In this document: piece after piece, positions 1-9,806 of the stretch
Numbering within the stretch: position 1 is the first letter of the stretch
How the letters are laid out: each line of letters starts with the position of its first letter
Source of the DNA: Candidatus Fervidifonticultor quintus
GTDB lineage: Bacteria; Sysuimicrobiota; Sysuimicrobiia; Sysuimicrobiales; Humicultoraceae
NCBI GenBank assembly: GCA_031459535.1
Contig: JAVKIJ010000002.1
Coordinates: 1-61,830, forward strand
DNA: 61,830 nt
Reading direction: 5' to 3'
Notes under the pieces: generated by a model
What the model saw: only the letters and a program-made list of their open reading frames with translations
Databases searched by the model: none
What the model was told of the DNA's origin: nothing
Position numbers and translations under genes: made by a program

Positions 1-276
1 GTGGCCCTGGCCGGGCGGACGCCGTTCATCGGAGACGTGCGGGGGAAGGGGTTGATGATCGGCGTGGAGTTCGTCGACCCCGCTTTGAACGGGGCGCCGA
101 GCGGTGCGATCGTCCGCCGCGTCCTCGAGGAGTGTCTTCGCCGCGGGCTGATCCTCTACCCGGCGGGCTACGCCGGCCACGTGCTCCGGTTCATCCCGCC
201 GCTCACCGTGACCCCCAACCAGCTCGACGAGGGTCTGGCCATCCTCGAGGAGGTCGTCCTGGGACTCTCCCCGTGA
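1..276 (+). CDS. Class III PLP aminotransferase, C-terminal part (runs off the window)
   Basis: IGDVRGKGLMIGVEF ... GLILYPAG..HVLRFIPPL, typical C-terminus of GabT/ArgD-like enzymes. Confidence 0.9.
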   Translation: MALAGRTPFIGDVRGKGLMIGVEFVDPALNGAPSGAIVRRVLEECLRRGLILYPAGYAGHVLRFIPPLTVTPNQLDEGLAILEEVVLGLSP

Positions 277-316
277 GGTCGGCGGCGGGTCACCCTCAAC
301 GAAAGGAGGTGATGCC

Positions 317-454
317 GTGAGCGGGTCTGAGCTGTTCTGGAAGTCCGGGACCTGGCTGTTCTTCGTGGGACAGATCCTGGTCCTCGTCATCGTCGCGATC
401 ATCTACGCCTATCAGGCCCGGAAAGAACAGGAAGCGCGGCAAGGTTCCAGATAG
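317..454 (+). CDS. 45-aa single-TM protein, putative small partner of the solute:sodium symporter (absent from ORF track)
   Basis: SD AAGGAGGT at 303-310; GTG 317 to TAG 454; MSGSELFWKSGTWLFFVGQILVLVIVAIIYAYQARKEQEARQGSR (hydrophobic core, charged tail). Confidence 0.8.
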   Translation: MSGSELFWKSGTWLFFVGQILVLVIVAIIYAYQARKEQEARQGSR

Positions 455-529
455 ACCGATGCCACGGCGACCAACGACCGACGGCATGGTGTCGCTTCGG
501 CTTGGCAGGCCAGAGAGGAGGGAAGGCAG

Positions 530-2140
530 GTGATTACGGCCTACGTCGTCTTCGTGCTGTACCTCGTGGTGCTGCTGGGCATCGGCTGGTACTACATGAA
601 TCGCGTCAAGACGTATGAGGACTTCATGATCGGGGGCCGTAGGGTCGGCCCGTTTGCGTCGTCCTTCTCACTGGTGGCCTCGTACATGAGCGGGTACACC
701 TACACGGCCGCCCCCGGTCTCAGTTACCGAACCGGCTATTCCACGCTCTGGTGGGCGACCGGCGACGCGCCCGGCAACTCCCTGAGTTTCGGCGTGCTGG
801 GACGCCGGCTGCGACGGTACGCCGAAGCTCTACGGGCGATCACCCTGCCCGAATACTACGAGCACCGCTTCAACAGCCCGCCACTGCGCGTGCTCTCGGG
901 CTTGATCGTGCTCATCACGGTGTCCATGTACCTGGTCGCTCAGTTCGTCGCCTTCGGTAAACTCGTCAGCGTCATGTTCAACACCAGCTACGTGACCGGC
1001 ATGATCATCGGCAGCGTGGTCGTCATCGTCTATACGTTCATGGGCGGCTACCTGGCAGTCGTCTACACCGACGTCATCCAGTTCTCCCTCATGTGGTTGT
1101 TCACCCACGTCCTGTTCTGGACGTCGCTGGCCCTGGCCGGCGGCTTCGCGGCGTTCAACGACAAGCTGGCGGCCATCAGCCCGGCGCTGGTCGTCCCCGC
1201 AGGGCCTGACGCCGCGTACGGCACGTTCATGGCGGCGCTCACGCCCATCGTACTCATCATCATGGGGTCGTTCGGCCTTCCGCACGTGACCATCCGGCAC
1301 CTGTCGCTGAAGGACCCACGCAATGCCCGGCACGCGATGCTCATTACCGCCATCTTCGTGGTGACGTTCTCGTTCATCTACTACATGACGGGTGCCCTGG
1401 CCCGCGTGCTCCTGCTCGAACCGCCCAAGGACGTGGAGGAAGCGGGCATCCGGCTCTGGTTCGCGGTCCTGCACCCGGTGTTCGCCGGGCTCATGAGCTC
1501 GGCCGCGGTGGCCTCCATCATGTCCACCGCCGACTCGTTCCTGATCCTGCTGGTGTCCACGGTGTCTCACGACTTCCTAGACCGGTTCTTCATGCCGAAG
1601 GCGACGGACGAGCAGCGGATCAAGGTGGGGCGCTACCTAGTGGCGGTCCTGGCCTTCCTGGCCTTCCTGGTGGCCATCAGGCCTCCGGCCCTGGTGTTCA
1701 CCATTGTCATCTTCGCATTCGGCGCCATGGCCCTGGCCTTCGGCGTGCCCAACCTGTTCTCGGTGTACTGGAAGCGCACGACCGAGGCCGGCGTGCTGGC
1801 GTGCATGATCCTCTCCCTGATCGTCTACGTGGGCGCCACCGCCTGGAAGTGGAACATTCTGGGCCTGCATCCCTTCATGGTGGGCCTGATCGTGGCCGTG
1901 GTGGCCATCGTGGTGGGATCGCTGCTCTCCAGGCCTCCTGCGGGTGAGCCGAAGGCGGTCTTCGATGCGGTCGGGGGCTACGGCGACCTGCCGGCGGCGG
2001 TCAGGACCCATGCCTCCGCCGCGGTCGGCGAGGAGATCGGCGCGGGGATCGGCTCGCTGAGGCGCCGGGTTCCGCCGGAAGCCATCGGGACCGGGGTCCG
2101 GATCTTGGCGCCGGCCCCGCTGCCCGAGGCATCCGGGTAG
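530..2140 (+). CDS. Sodium:solute symporter (SSS/PutP family)
   Basis: About 13 TM segments; DFMIGGR, ITLPEYYEHRF, GGYLAVVYTD, ASIMSTADS motifs. Confidence 0.93.
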   Translation: MITAYVVFVLYLVVLLGIGWYYMNRVKTYEDFMIGGRRVGPFASSFSLVASYMSGYTYTAAPGLSYRTGYSTLWWATGDAPGNSLSFGVLGRRLRRYAEALRAITLPEYYEHRFNSPPLRVLSGLIVLITVSMYLVAQFVAFGKLVSVMFNTSYVTGMIIGSVVVIVYTFMGGYLAVVYTDVIQFSLMWLFTHVLFWTSLALAGGFAAFNDKLAAISPALVVPAGPDAAYGTFMAALTPIVLIIMGSFGLPHVTIRHLSLKDPRNARHAMLITAIFVVTFSFIYYMTGALARVLLLEPPKDVEEAGIRLWFAVLHPVFAGLMSSAAVASIMSTADSFLILLVSTVSHDFLDRFFMPKATDEQRIKVGRYLVAVLAFLAFLVAIRPPALVFTIVIFAFGAMALAFGVPNLFSVYWKRTTEAGVLACMILSLIVYVGATAWKWNILGLHPFMVGLIVAVVAIVVGSLLSRPPAGEPKAVFDAVGGYGDLPAAVRTHASAAVGEEIGAGIGSLRRRVPPEAIGTGVRILAPAPLPEASG

Positions 2141-2191
2141 TTCGGAGTTCGTGCGGGCGGCAGCCCGCGCTCTCCGGCAGGGAGAGATCAC

Positions 2192-2782
2192 GTGGCGATG
2201 CGACGCTGGGTTGCCCGGGTTACGGAGCTGCCGCCCGCCGTGCAGCAGGAAGCGCGGAAGATCGAGCCCCTGGGGATGATGCTCTATCCCTACTGGGAAG
2301 TGGACGTGCACGTCCATGTCAAGGCACCGTTGCTGCCCCGCGTCAGCCGGCGATGGCGCGCCGCGGTGGACGGCATTACCGGGCAACCGGCCGTGCTCCA
2401 TCCAGACCTCCCGGTTGCGAGCGATGATCGGCAGGACGGGACCCACCAGGGGCAGGGGGCCGGCCCGTCCACTGAAATCCTGGCCGTCACTCCATTCGCC
2501 CTGGCTGCGGAGCAGGTGGATCGCGAGCGCCTGCGGCGGGCGTTGTGGTCGTACGCTTCGCGCCGCCTGCGCTCGTGGGCGAACGTGAGCCTGGACATCG
2601 GAGACGCGCGGCCCGTGTACAAGCAACTCCGGCTGTTCGCCGTTGACTTCCACAACGGGTCGAGAGCCCTGCTGGCCCTCGACACCGTAACTGGCGAGTA
2701 CGGGGTGGCGCCTCCGGACGCGCTGACCGCCCTCCGGGCTCTGCAGACCGCCGGCGCGGAGGAGAGAAAGGAGGAGGCATGA
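2192..2782 (+). CDS. Hypothetical soluble protein
   Basis: SD GGGAGAG upstream; stop overlaps next ATG (ATGA coupling). Confidence 0.7.
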   Translation: MAMRRWVARVTELPPAVQQEARKIEPLGMMLYPYWEVDVHVHVKAPLLPRVSRRWRAAVDGITGQPAVLHPDLPVASDDRQDGTHQGQGAGPSTEILAVTPFALAAEQVDRERLRRALWSYASRRLRSWANVSLDIGDARPVYKQLRLFAVDFHNGSRALLALDTVTGEYGVAPPDALTALRALQTAGAEERKEEA

Positions 2783-3555
2783 ACACCGGGATGGCCCGCT
2801 GGGACCACCTGACCTGGCAGGAGATCGGCGAACGCCGGGCACGCGGCGCCATCGCCGTGCTGCCCGTGGGATCCATTGAACAGCACGGGCCCCATCTGCC
2901 GGTGGCCACCGACGCCCTGATCCCCATCGGGCTGGCCGACCGTCTGGCCGGGGCCCTGGGTGCAGACGACCTGGGCGCCCGGCTGGTGATGCTGCCGCCG
3001 TTCTACTACACGTACGCCAAGCACAGCAACTGGTGGCCGGGCACGCTCAACCTCGATGGTGCCACGTTGGTCACCTACACCCGCGCCGTCCTGGAGGACC
3101 TGTTCCGGCAGGGCATCTCCCGGCTGCTGGTGCTCAACGGCCACATGGAGAGCGTGCAGTTTCTGATGGAAGGTATCGAGTTGGCGCTGGAGCGATATCC
3201 GTCGACGCGCACCGTGCTGGTCAACTGGTGGGAGCTGGTGGCCGACGCGGTCATCCGGGATCTGTTTGCCGAGGCCTGGCCCGGCTGGGAGGCGGAGCAT
3301 GCCGCGCTGACTGAAACGTCGCTGATGCTGGCGTTCTACCCCGAGCTGGTTCGGACCGAGCGGATCACCGACGACCGCGCTCCTCGCACGCTGCCGTACC
3401 GGGTCTTCCCGCAGCCGCCCGAGGTCCGCCCGCCCAGCGGCGTGTATGCCAGCGCCGCGGCGGCTTCAGCGCCCATCGGGGAGCGCCTGGCGCGCCACAT
3501 CGTTGACGGCCTGGTGGCGGTGCTCAGGGAGCGGCTTGCTGAGGTGGCGGCCTAG
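2779..3555 (+). CDS. Creatininase (creatinine amidohydrolase) family protein 1
   Basis: PVGSIEQHGPHLP..TD, LNGH.E, WPGWEAEHA..TETSLM metal-binding motifs. Confidence 0.92.
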   Translation: MNTGMARWDHLTWQEIGERRARGAIAVLPVGSIEQHGPHLPVATDALIPIGLADRLAGALGADDLGARLVMLPPFYYTYAKHSNWWPGTLNLDGATLVTYTRAVLEDLFRQGISRLLVLNGHMESVQFLMEGIELALERYPSTRTVLVNWWELVADAVIRDLFAEAWPGWEAEHAALTETSLMLAFYPELVRTERITDDRAPRTLPYRVFPQPPEVRPPSGVYASAAAASAPIGERLARHIVDGLVAVLRERLAEVAA

Positions 3556-3588
3556 CACTCACGGAGGTGACGAACCGGGCCTGCGGCC

Positions 3589-4932
3589 ATGGCGACGCGC
3601 GTCCTCATCCTCGGCGCTGCGGGGCGTGATTTCCACAACTTCAACGTCTGCTATCGGGATCGCCCCGAGTGGGAGGTCGTGGCGTTCACCGCCACGCAGA
3701 TTCCGAACATCGCCGGCCGACGGTACCCACCAGAGCTGGCAGGGGCGCTCTATCCGGAAGGCATTCCTATCTACCCGGAGGAGCGCCTGGTCGAACTCAT
3801 CAAGACGCTAGGGGTCGACCAGGTCGTCTTCGCCTACAGCGACGTCTCCCACGAACACGTCATGCATCTGGCGTCGGCGGCCCTGGCCGAGGGCACCGAC
3901 TTCGTGCTGCTCGGTCCCCGGCGGACGATGCTGCATTCCGCGAAGCCGGTGGTGTCCGTGGGCGCCGTCCGCACTGGAGCGGGCAAGAGTCCCACCACGC
4001 GCCGCATTGCCGAGATCGTCCGGTCTGCGGGATGGCGCCTGGTGGTCATCCGGCATCCCATGCCCTACGGCGACATCGCTGCGCAGGCGTGTCAGCGTTT
4101 CGCGTCGCTGGACGACCTCGATCGCCACCAGTGCACCCTCGAAGAGCGGGAGGAGTACGAGCCCCACCTGCGACGCGGGACGGTGGTCTACTCCGGCGTG
4201 GACTACGAGCGCATCCTGCGGGCCGCCGAGGCCGAGGCCGACGTCATCCTCTGGGACGGCGGCAACAACGACCTGCCCTTCTTGCGGCCGGACTTCCACA
4301 TCGTTGTCGCCGATCCCCACCGCGCAGGCCACGAGCGGTCGTATCACCCTGGCGAAGCGAACCTCCGGATGGCCGACCTGGTGGTGGTGAGCAAAGTGGA
4401 CACGGCGCCGCCGGAGGCCACCAGGGCTGTGCGCGCCTCGGTCGCAGCGCTCAACCCCCGCGCGGTCATTGTGGAGGCGGCCCTGTACATCGTGGCAGAA
4501 GACGGGCAGCTCGCCGCCGGGCAGCGCGCGCTTGTCATCGAGGACGGCCCCACCCTCACCCACGGAGAGATGCCGTATGGGGCCGGTGTGCTGGCCGCCC
4601 GCAGCGCCGGGGCCGTGCCGGTGGATCCGCGGCCGTGGGCGGCCGAGTCCATCCGGGCAGTCTACCGGCAGTACCCGCACCTGGGGGCGGTCCTGCCGGC
4701 GATGGGGTATGGAGACACGCAGCTCGCGGACCTGGCAGCCACGATTGCGCAGACGCCCTGCGACGTGGTGGTATGCGCCACGCCGGTGGACTTGCGCCGC
4801 CTCATCACCATCCGCCAGCCGGTGGTGCGCGTCGGCTACGAACTCCGCGAGCGCCCGCCCGACGCCTTGATCGGCCCTGTTGTGGATGCCGTCCGGGGCG
4901 CGCTCGAACGCCGGCTGGAGAGGCCCCGATGA
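3589..4932 (+). CDS. P-loop NTPase of the arginine synthetase (ArcE) / cyclic 2,3-diphosphoglycerate synthetase-like family
   Basis: GAAGRDFHNFN N-terminus, AVRTGAGKS P-loop, RHPMPYG, EEREEYEPH, WDGGNND, EDGPTLTHG. Confidence 0.85.
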   Translation: MATRVLILGAAGRDFHNFNVCYRDRPEWEVVAFTATQIPNIAGRRYPPELAGALYPEGIPIYPEERLVELIKTLGVDQVVFAYSDVSHEHVMHLASAALAEGTDFVLLGPRRTMLHSAKPVVSVGAVRTGAGKSPTTRRIAEIVRSAGWRLVVIRHPMPYGDIAAQACQRFASLDDLDRHQCTLEEREEYEPHLRRGTVVYSGVDYERILRAAEAEADVILWDGGNNDLPFLRPDFHIVVADPHRAGHERSYHPGEANLRMADLVVVSKVDTAPPEATRAVRASVAALNPRAVIVEAALYIVAEDGQLAAGQRALVIEDGPTLTHGEMPYGAGVLAARSAGAVPVDPRPWAAESIRAVYRQYPHLGAVLPAMGYGDTQLADLAATIAQTPCDVVVCATPVDLRRLITIRQPVVRVGYELRERPPDALIGPVVDAVRGALERRLERPR

Positions 4933-5744
4933 CAGTTGGTCACATTCAAGCCGTTGACCGGGCACTGCAGATCCTCGAAGCGCTGGCCGAGGCCGGGACA
5001 CCACTGACGCTCTCCGCCATCAGCGCCCGCGCGGGGTTGCACGTGAGCACCGCGTACCGTCTGCTCAGGACGCTCCACCGGCGAGGGTTCGTGGAGCAGG
5101 ATACCGAAACGGGTCAGTACCGGATCGGGGTCAGGGCCTTTCGGGTCGGCAGCAGTTTCCTCGAGGAGATCGGCCTCGGCCGCCGGCTGCGTCCCATGCT
5201 GGCGGATCTGGCGGCGCGCACCGGGGAAACGGCCAACCTCGTGGTCAGGGACTCCCTGGAGGCCGTCTACATCGACCACGTCATCGGGAACAAGGTCAGC
5301 AAGCTGTTCACGGAGATCGGCCAGCGCGTCCCGCTGCACTGCACGGCTGTGGGCAAGGTCCTGCTGGCCTATGCGCCGCCCGCCGAGCGCGACGACCTGT
5401 TGGCGCACCTGGATCTGCGGCGCCTGACGCCCAACACCATTACCTCTCGCAGCGCGCTGCGGCGGGAACTGGTGGCGGTACGGTCTGCTGGGTGTGCCGT
5501 GGACCGCGAAGAGCACGAGCTGGGCGTGGCCTGCGTTGCGGCTCCCGTCTGGGGCGCCTCGGGCCACCTGGTGGCCGCCATGGGCGTCTCGGGCCCCGGC
5601 GGACGGGTGCTGACAGCGGTCGGCGCGCTGAGCGAGCGTGTGCGGGCCGCCGCGGCCGAGGCCTCGCGAGCCCTGGGCGGCGAAGCCTTCCGGGCCAGCG
5701 AGGGTCAACGCCAGCCCGGACGAAAGGGGGTGGTGCAGCGCTGA
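4929..5744 (+). CDS. IclR family transcriptional regulator
   Basis: ATG 4929 overlaps upstream stop; AVDRALQILE HTH, PLHCTAVGKVLL, DREEHELGVACVAAPV. Confidence 0.93.
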   Translation: MTVGHIQAVDRALQILEALAEAGTPLTLSAISARAGLHVSTAYRLLRTLHRRGFVEQDTETGQYRIGVRAFRVGSSFLEEIGLGRRLRPMLADLAARTGETANLVVRDSLEAVYIDHVIGNKVSKLFTEIGQRVPLHCTAVGKVLLAYAPPAERDDLLAHLDLRRLTPNTITSRSALRRELVAVRSAGCAVDREEHELGVACVAAPVWGASGHLVAAMGVSGPGGRVLTAVGALSERVRAAAAEASRALGGEAFRASEGQRQPGRKGVVQR

Positions 5745-5842
5745 GCGCGAGTCGGCTTTCAGAAGCCCTGGAGGCGTCCGCCGCGCACAGACCACAGGAT
5801 GCCATGGCTGCCGACACCTGAGACAAGGAGGATAGCAGGATC

Positions 5843-6943
5843 ATGCGAGGTACAGTCTGGACGTCTCGTCTGCTGGCCGTATTGGTTGTCTGGGCCCTCA
5901 TCGTGCTCGCCGCGGGGGTGCCTCCGGCCCCGGCGCAACAGAAGATCGGGGGCACCCTCAACATCCTGGTCATGCCGGGGTACGAAGAGGACCAGATCAT
6001 CAAGCCCTTCGAGCAGCGCTACGGCGTCAAGGTCAACGCCAAGATCTATCCGAGCTCCGACCAGATGTTTGCGATCCTCAGCGCAGCCAAGCCGGGCGAG
6101 TGGGACGTGACCACCCCCGATACGCCGTGGATCGCCAAGCTCGTCAAGGCCAATCTGCTCATGCCGCTCAATGCGGCTGACTACCCGGATGTCAAGAACT
6201 TCTTCTCCCGCTGGCAGAAGTTCGACCAGACCTACGTGAACGGGACACTGTACGGGCTCGTGAGCCGGTTCGGGTTCTACGGCATCGTCTGGAACTCCAA
6301 GCACGTCAAGGCCGAAGAGACCCGGTCCATCAAGATCATGTGGAACGAGAAGTACAAGAAGAAGATCGTGCTCTTCGACTGGTATCTCCCCAACATGGGG
6401 ATGCTGGGCCGCTACCTGGGGTTCAAGCAGCCGTACCGTATCACGGGCGCCGACTACAAGAAGCTGGAGGAGACCCTGTTCTCGCTGCGGCCGCAGGTGG
6501 GCATCATCGCGGCCACCAACTCCGACACCATTCAGGCCCTGGCCAACGAGAGCGCCTGGCTCAGCTTTGGTGGCGAGTGGCTGCAGGTACTGCTCAAGGA
6601 GCAGGGCCGGCCGCTAGAGCTGACCATCCCCGACGAGGGCGGCGTGAGCTGGACCGAGGCGCTGGTCATCATGAAGAACAGCCAGAACCTCCCGGCGGCC
6701 AAGGCGTACGTTCAGTACGTCCTGAGCCCCGAAGTGCAGGCGAAGCTGGCCTGGGCCAACGCGTTCCATGCCATGGTACCCAACAAGCTGGCGGCGCGGT
6801 ATCTCAAGCCCGAGCACGCCAGGATGGTCTTCATGGACGACGCGGCCCGCCTGGAAAAGATCCTCAGCCGCATCGCGACCCGCGAGATCCCGGCGAACGA
6901 GGATCAGTGGAAGCTGAGTTGGGAGCGGTTCAAGAGCCGGTAG
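5843..6943 (+). CDS. ABC substrate-binding protein, PotD/PotF (polyamine-type) family
   Basis: Signal peptide; FEQRYGVKVN, TIPDEGGVSWTE; heads a PotABC-like operon. Confidence 0.85.
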   Translation: MRGTVWTSRLLAVLVVWALIVLAAGVPPAPAQQKIGGTLNILVMPGYEEDQIIKPFEQRYGVKVNAKIYPSSDQMFAILSAAKPGEWDVTTPDTPWIAKLVKANLLMPLNAADYPDVKNFFSRWQKFDQTYVNGTLYGLVSRFGFYGIVWNSKHVKAEETRSIKIMWNEKYKKKIVLFDWYLPNMGMLGRYLGFKQPYRITGADYKKLEETLFSLRPQVGIIAATNSDTIQALANESAWLSFGGEWLQVLLKEQGRPLELTIPDEGGVSWTEALVIMKNSQNLPAAKAYVQYVLSPEVQAKLAWANAFHAMVPNKLAARYLKPEHARMVFMDDAARLEKILSRIATREIPANEDQWKLSWERFKSR

Positions 6944-6959
6944 GCTAACCTCTTGTCCT

Positions 6960-8081
6960 GTGGCCACTGCGTTTGACGTCGAACTCATTGGCGTGACCAA
7001 GCGCTACGGCGACGTCGTGGCGGTCCGCGACGTCTCCCTACAGGTCCGCCCGGGCGAGTTCCTCACCCTGCTCGGGCCCAGCGGATCGGGGAAGACCACC
7101 ATCCTCCGGATGGTGGGCGGGTTCGAGACGGTCACCAGCGGCACCGTCATCATCAAGGGTCGCGTGATGACCGACGACCCGCCGCACCGCCGGGACACCA
7201 GCATGGTGTTCCAGGACTACGCCCTGTTCCCGCACAAGACCGTGGGTGAGAACATCGCCTTCGGCCTGAAGATGCGTGGGATACCCCCAGAGGTCCGGCG
7301 CCGCCGTGTGCAGGAAGCCCTGGAACTGGTCAACCTGCCGGGCGTGGCCGACCGGATGCCCAGCCAGTTGAGCGGAGGCCAGCGCCAGCGCGTGGCGCTG
7401 GCCCGCTCCCTGGTCATCCAGCCGTCAGTCCTCCTGCTGGACGAGCCGCTGGGCGCCCTCGACGCGCAGATCCGCAAGTACATGCAGATCGAGCTCAAGG
7501 CGCTGCAGCAGCGTCTGGGGCTCACGTTCCTCTATGTCACCCACGACCAGGAAGAAGCCATGGTCATCAGCGATCGCATCGCCATCCTGCGGGACGGCGT
7601 CCTGGAGCAGACCGGTCCCCCCGAAGAAGTCTACGAGCGCCCGGCCACGCGGTTCGTGGCCAGTTTCCTCGGGGAGTGCAACCTGCTCGACGGCACCGTG
7701 GCCGAGGTCCGAGGCGCCGATCTGGCCATCAGGTGCCCGGACCTGGGCACACTGTGGGCCTCGGCCCCGCATCTGGCCTCTGCGGTGAAGCCCGGCCAGC
7801 AGGTCTCGGTCGGGGTGCGCCCCGAGCGCATGCACCTGGGTGACCCGCCCGCGGGCCGGGCGAATGCCCTCGCGGGGCGCGTGCGCCAGGCGGTCTACGC
7901 GGGCACCGTCACGCGCTACACAGTGGCGGCGGGAGAGGCCGACATCCTCGTCACCGCCCTGGGCCCCAGAGCGCACGCGGTCGGCGATGCGATCCGTGTG
8001 TGGTGGGACATCGCGGAAACCATGGTCATCCCCCAGGAGCCCCTGACCGGCCCGCGGCGCACTGAAGCCGTGCGGCCATGA
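6960..8081 (+). CDS. ABC ATP-binding protein (PotA-like)
   Basis: GPSGSGKT, LSGGQRQR, LLLDEPLGALD, TOBE tail. Confidence 0.93.
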   Translation: MATAFDVELIGVTKRYGDVVAVRDVSLQVRPGEFLTLLGPSGSGKTTILRMVGGFETVTSGTVIIKGRVMTDDPPHRRDTSMVFQDYALFPHKTVGENIAFGLKMRGIPPEVRRRRVQEALELVNLPGVADRMPSQLSGGQRQRVALARSLVIQPSVLLLDEPLGALDAQIRKYMQIELKALQQRLGLTFLYVTHDQEEAMVISDRIAILRDGVLEQTGPPEEVYERPATRFVASFLGECNLLDGTVAEVRGADLAIRCPDLGTLWASAPHLASAVKPGQQVSVGVRPERMHLGDPPAGRANALAGRVRQAVYAGTVTRYTVAAGEADILVTALGPRAHAVGDAIRVWWDIAETMVIPQEPLTGPRRTEAVRP

Positions 8082-8968
8082 GGCGTCCCGCCCGGCTTCC
8101 CGACCGGCGACGGCAGGAGCCGTGGGCCTGGTGGTTCCTGCTGCCGATCAGCCTGTGGCAACTGGTGTTCTACTTTGCCTCGGCGGCGTTCCTGGTGGTG
8201 GTCAGTTTCTGGACCATGAAAGAATACCGCCTGACGCCCACCTGGACCCTGCAGAACTACAAGATCTTCTTTACCGAGTTCATCTACCTCAAGGCGTACC
8301 TCACCTCGCTGGTCTTCGCCACCACCACGGTCCTGGTGACGATCCTCGTGGCCTATCCGTTCGCCTATGCGCTGGTCTTCGTGGTGCCCAGGCGTCTGCT
8401 GGCTGTCGCCCTCGTGGCCGTTATCGCGCCGTTCTGGACCAACTACCTGGTCCGCGCCTATGCCTGGCAGGTCATCCTGGCGGGCAACGGCATCCTGAAC
8501 TACGTGCTCCTGCAGCTACGGATCATCACCCAGCCCTTCGACATCCTCTATACGTTGGTGGCGGCGCGGATCGGGCTGGTGCACTTCCTGCTGGCCATCA
8601 TGACCCTGATCCTGTACACGACGCTGGACGGCATCGACAAGAACCTCCTGGAGGCCGCCGACGACCTGGGCGCGGGCCGGCTGCGCACCTTCACCGAGGT
8701 GATCCTGCCGCTCAGCTCCGGAGGCCTGGTCGCCGGCAGCATGTTCATCTTCGTGCTGGCGTTCGCCGACTTCGTCTCGCCGGCCGTACTGGGCGGTCAG
8801 GCCCAGCGCGTGTTCCCGCAACTGGTGGTGGACGCGGTCCAGTGGACCGTCAACTGGCCGCAGGCGTCGGCGTTCGCGGTAATCATGGTCGCGACCATCC
8901 TCACCATCGTGGGGATCTTCGCCCGGTGGATGCGCTTCGCCGGGTTCGGCAGGGCGGTGGACCGGTGA
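8078..8968 (+). CDS. ABC permease (PotB-like)
   Basis: APFWTNYLVRAYAW; EAA loop LLEAADDLGA. Confidence 0.92.
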   Translation: MRRPARLPDRRRQEPWAWWFLLPISLWQLVFYFASAAFLVVVSFWTMKEYRLTPTWTLQNYKIFFTEFIYLKAYLTSLVFATTTVLVTILVAYPFAYALVFVVPRRLLAVALVAVIAPFWTNYLVRAYAWQVILAGNGILNYVLLQLRIITQPFDILYTLVAARIGLVHFLLAIMTLILYTTLDGIDKNLLEAADDLGAGRLRTFTEVILPLSSGGLVAGSMFIFVLAFADFVSPAVLGGQAQRVFPQLVVDAVQWTVNWPQASAFAVIMVATILTIVGIFARWMRFAGFGRAVDR

Positions 8969-9789
8969 GCGCGCGCGCCATCCCGTCCCCCTCCCGCGGC
9001 ATCCCCTGGGACCGGCTGGGCACGACGCTGCTCCGCGCATACCTAATGCTGGCGTACGCCTTCCTGTTCGCCCCCATCGCGGTCACCATCATCACGTCAT
9101 TCAACGCCGACCGGTTCGTGACGTTGCCCTGGCGCGGCTTCACCTGGCACTGGTACGAGCTGGTGGTCGGCAATCCGGATCTGCTGGTGCCGCTGCGCAA
9201 CAGCGTCCTGGTGGCCACAGCCGTGGGGCTGACCTCGGTCGTGCTGGGGTTCCTGGGCGCGTACGGTCTGACCCGGACGCAGGGGCGGTGGCAGGACCTC
9301 TACATGCTGGCCCTGATCTCGCCGCTGGCCGTGCCGTGGATCCTGCTAGGCCTGGGGCTGCTGGTCTTCTTCACCCGGATCGGGCTCCCTAAGTCGCTGC
9401 TGACCGTCTGGATCACCCACACCATCTTCGCCGCGCCCCTGGCCATGTTGATCATCCGCGGTCGCCTGCTGACCATGCGGCGCAGCTACGAGGAGGCCGC
9501 CTGGGACCTGGGGGCCAGCCGCCTGCGGACCATCTGGGAGGTCGTGCTTCCGCTGACCACGCCGGGCCTGGTGGGGGCGTTCTTGCTCACCTTCACCCTG
9601 TCGTTCGACGAGTTCATCCTGGCCTGGTTCGTTTGCGGATTCGATGTGACGCTCCCGGTCAAGATCTGGGGGCTGATGCGGTCCGGCATCAACCCCACCA
9701 TCAGCGCCATCGGTACCATCGTGTTTGGCCTGTCCATCTCGCTCAGCGTGCTGGGGCAGGCCCTGCAGCGGCGGGGGACGGCCTCGTAG
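8965..9789 (+). CDS. ABC permease (PotC-like)
   Basis: GTG overlaps upstream TGA; EEAAWDLGA, FTLSFDEF. Confidence 0.92.
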   Translation: MSARAIPSPSRGIPWDRLGTTLLRAYLMLAYAFLFAPIAVTIITSFNADRFVTLPWRGFTWHWYELVVGNPDLLVPLRNSVLVATAVGLTSVVLGFLGAYGLTRTQGRWQDLYMLALISPLAVPWILLGLGLLVFFTRIGLPKSLLTVWITHTIFAAPLAMLIIRGRLLTMRRSYEEAAWDLGASRLRTIWEVVLPLTTPGLVGAFLLTFTLSFDEFILAWFVCGFDVTLPVKIWGLMRSGINPTISAIGTIVFGLSISLSVLGQALQRRGTAS

Positions 9790-9806
9790 CCCGGAGGAGC
9801 AACACC

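Noticed and set aside
3669-4928. Apparent 691-aa fusion with IclR at the C-terminus (and similar N-terminal extensions at 8122, 13467, 14483, 31114 and 39945)
   Set aside because: True starts overlap the upstream stop codons; the extensions are off-frame readings of the upstream genes
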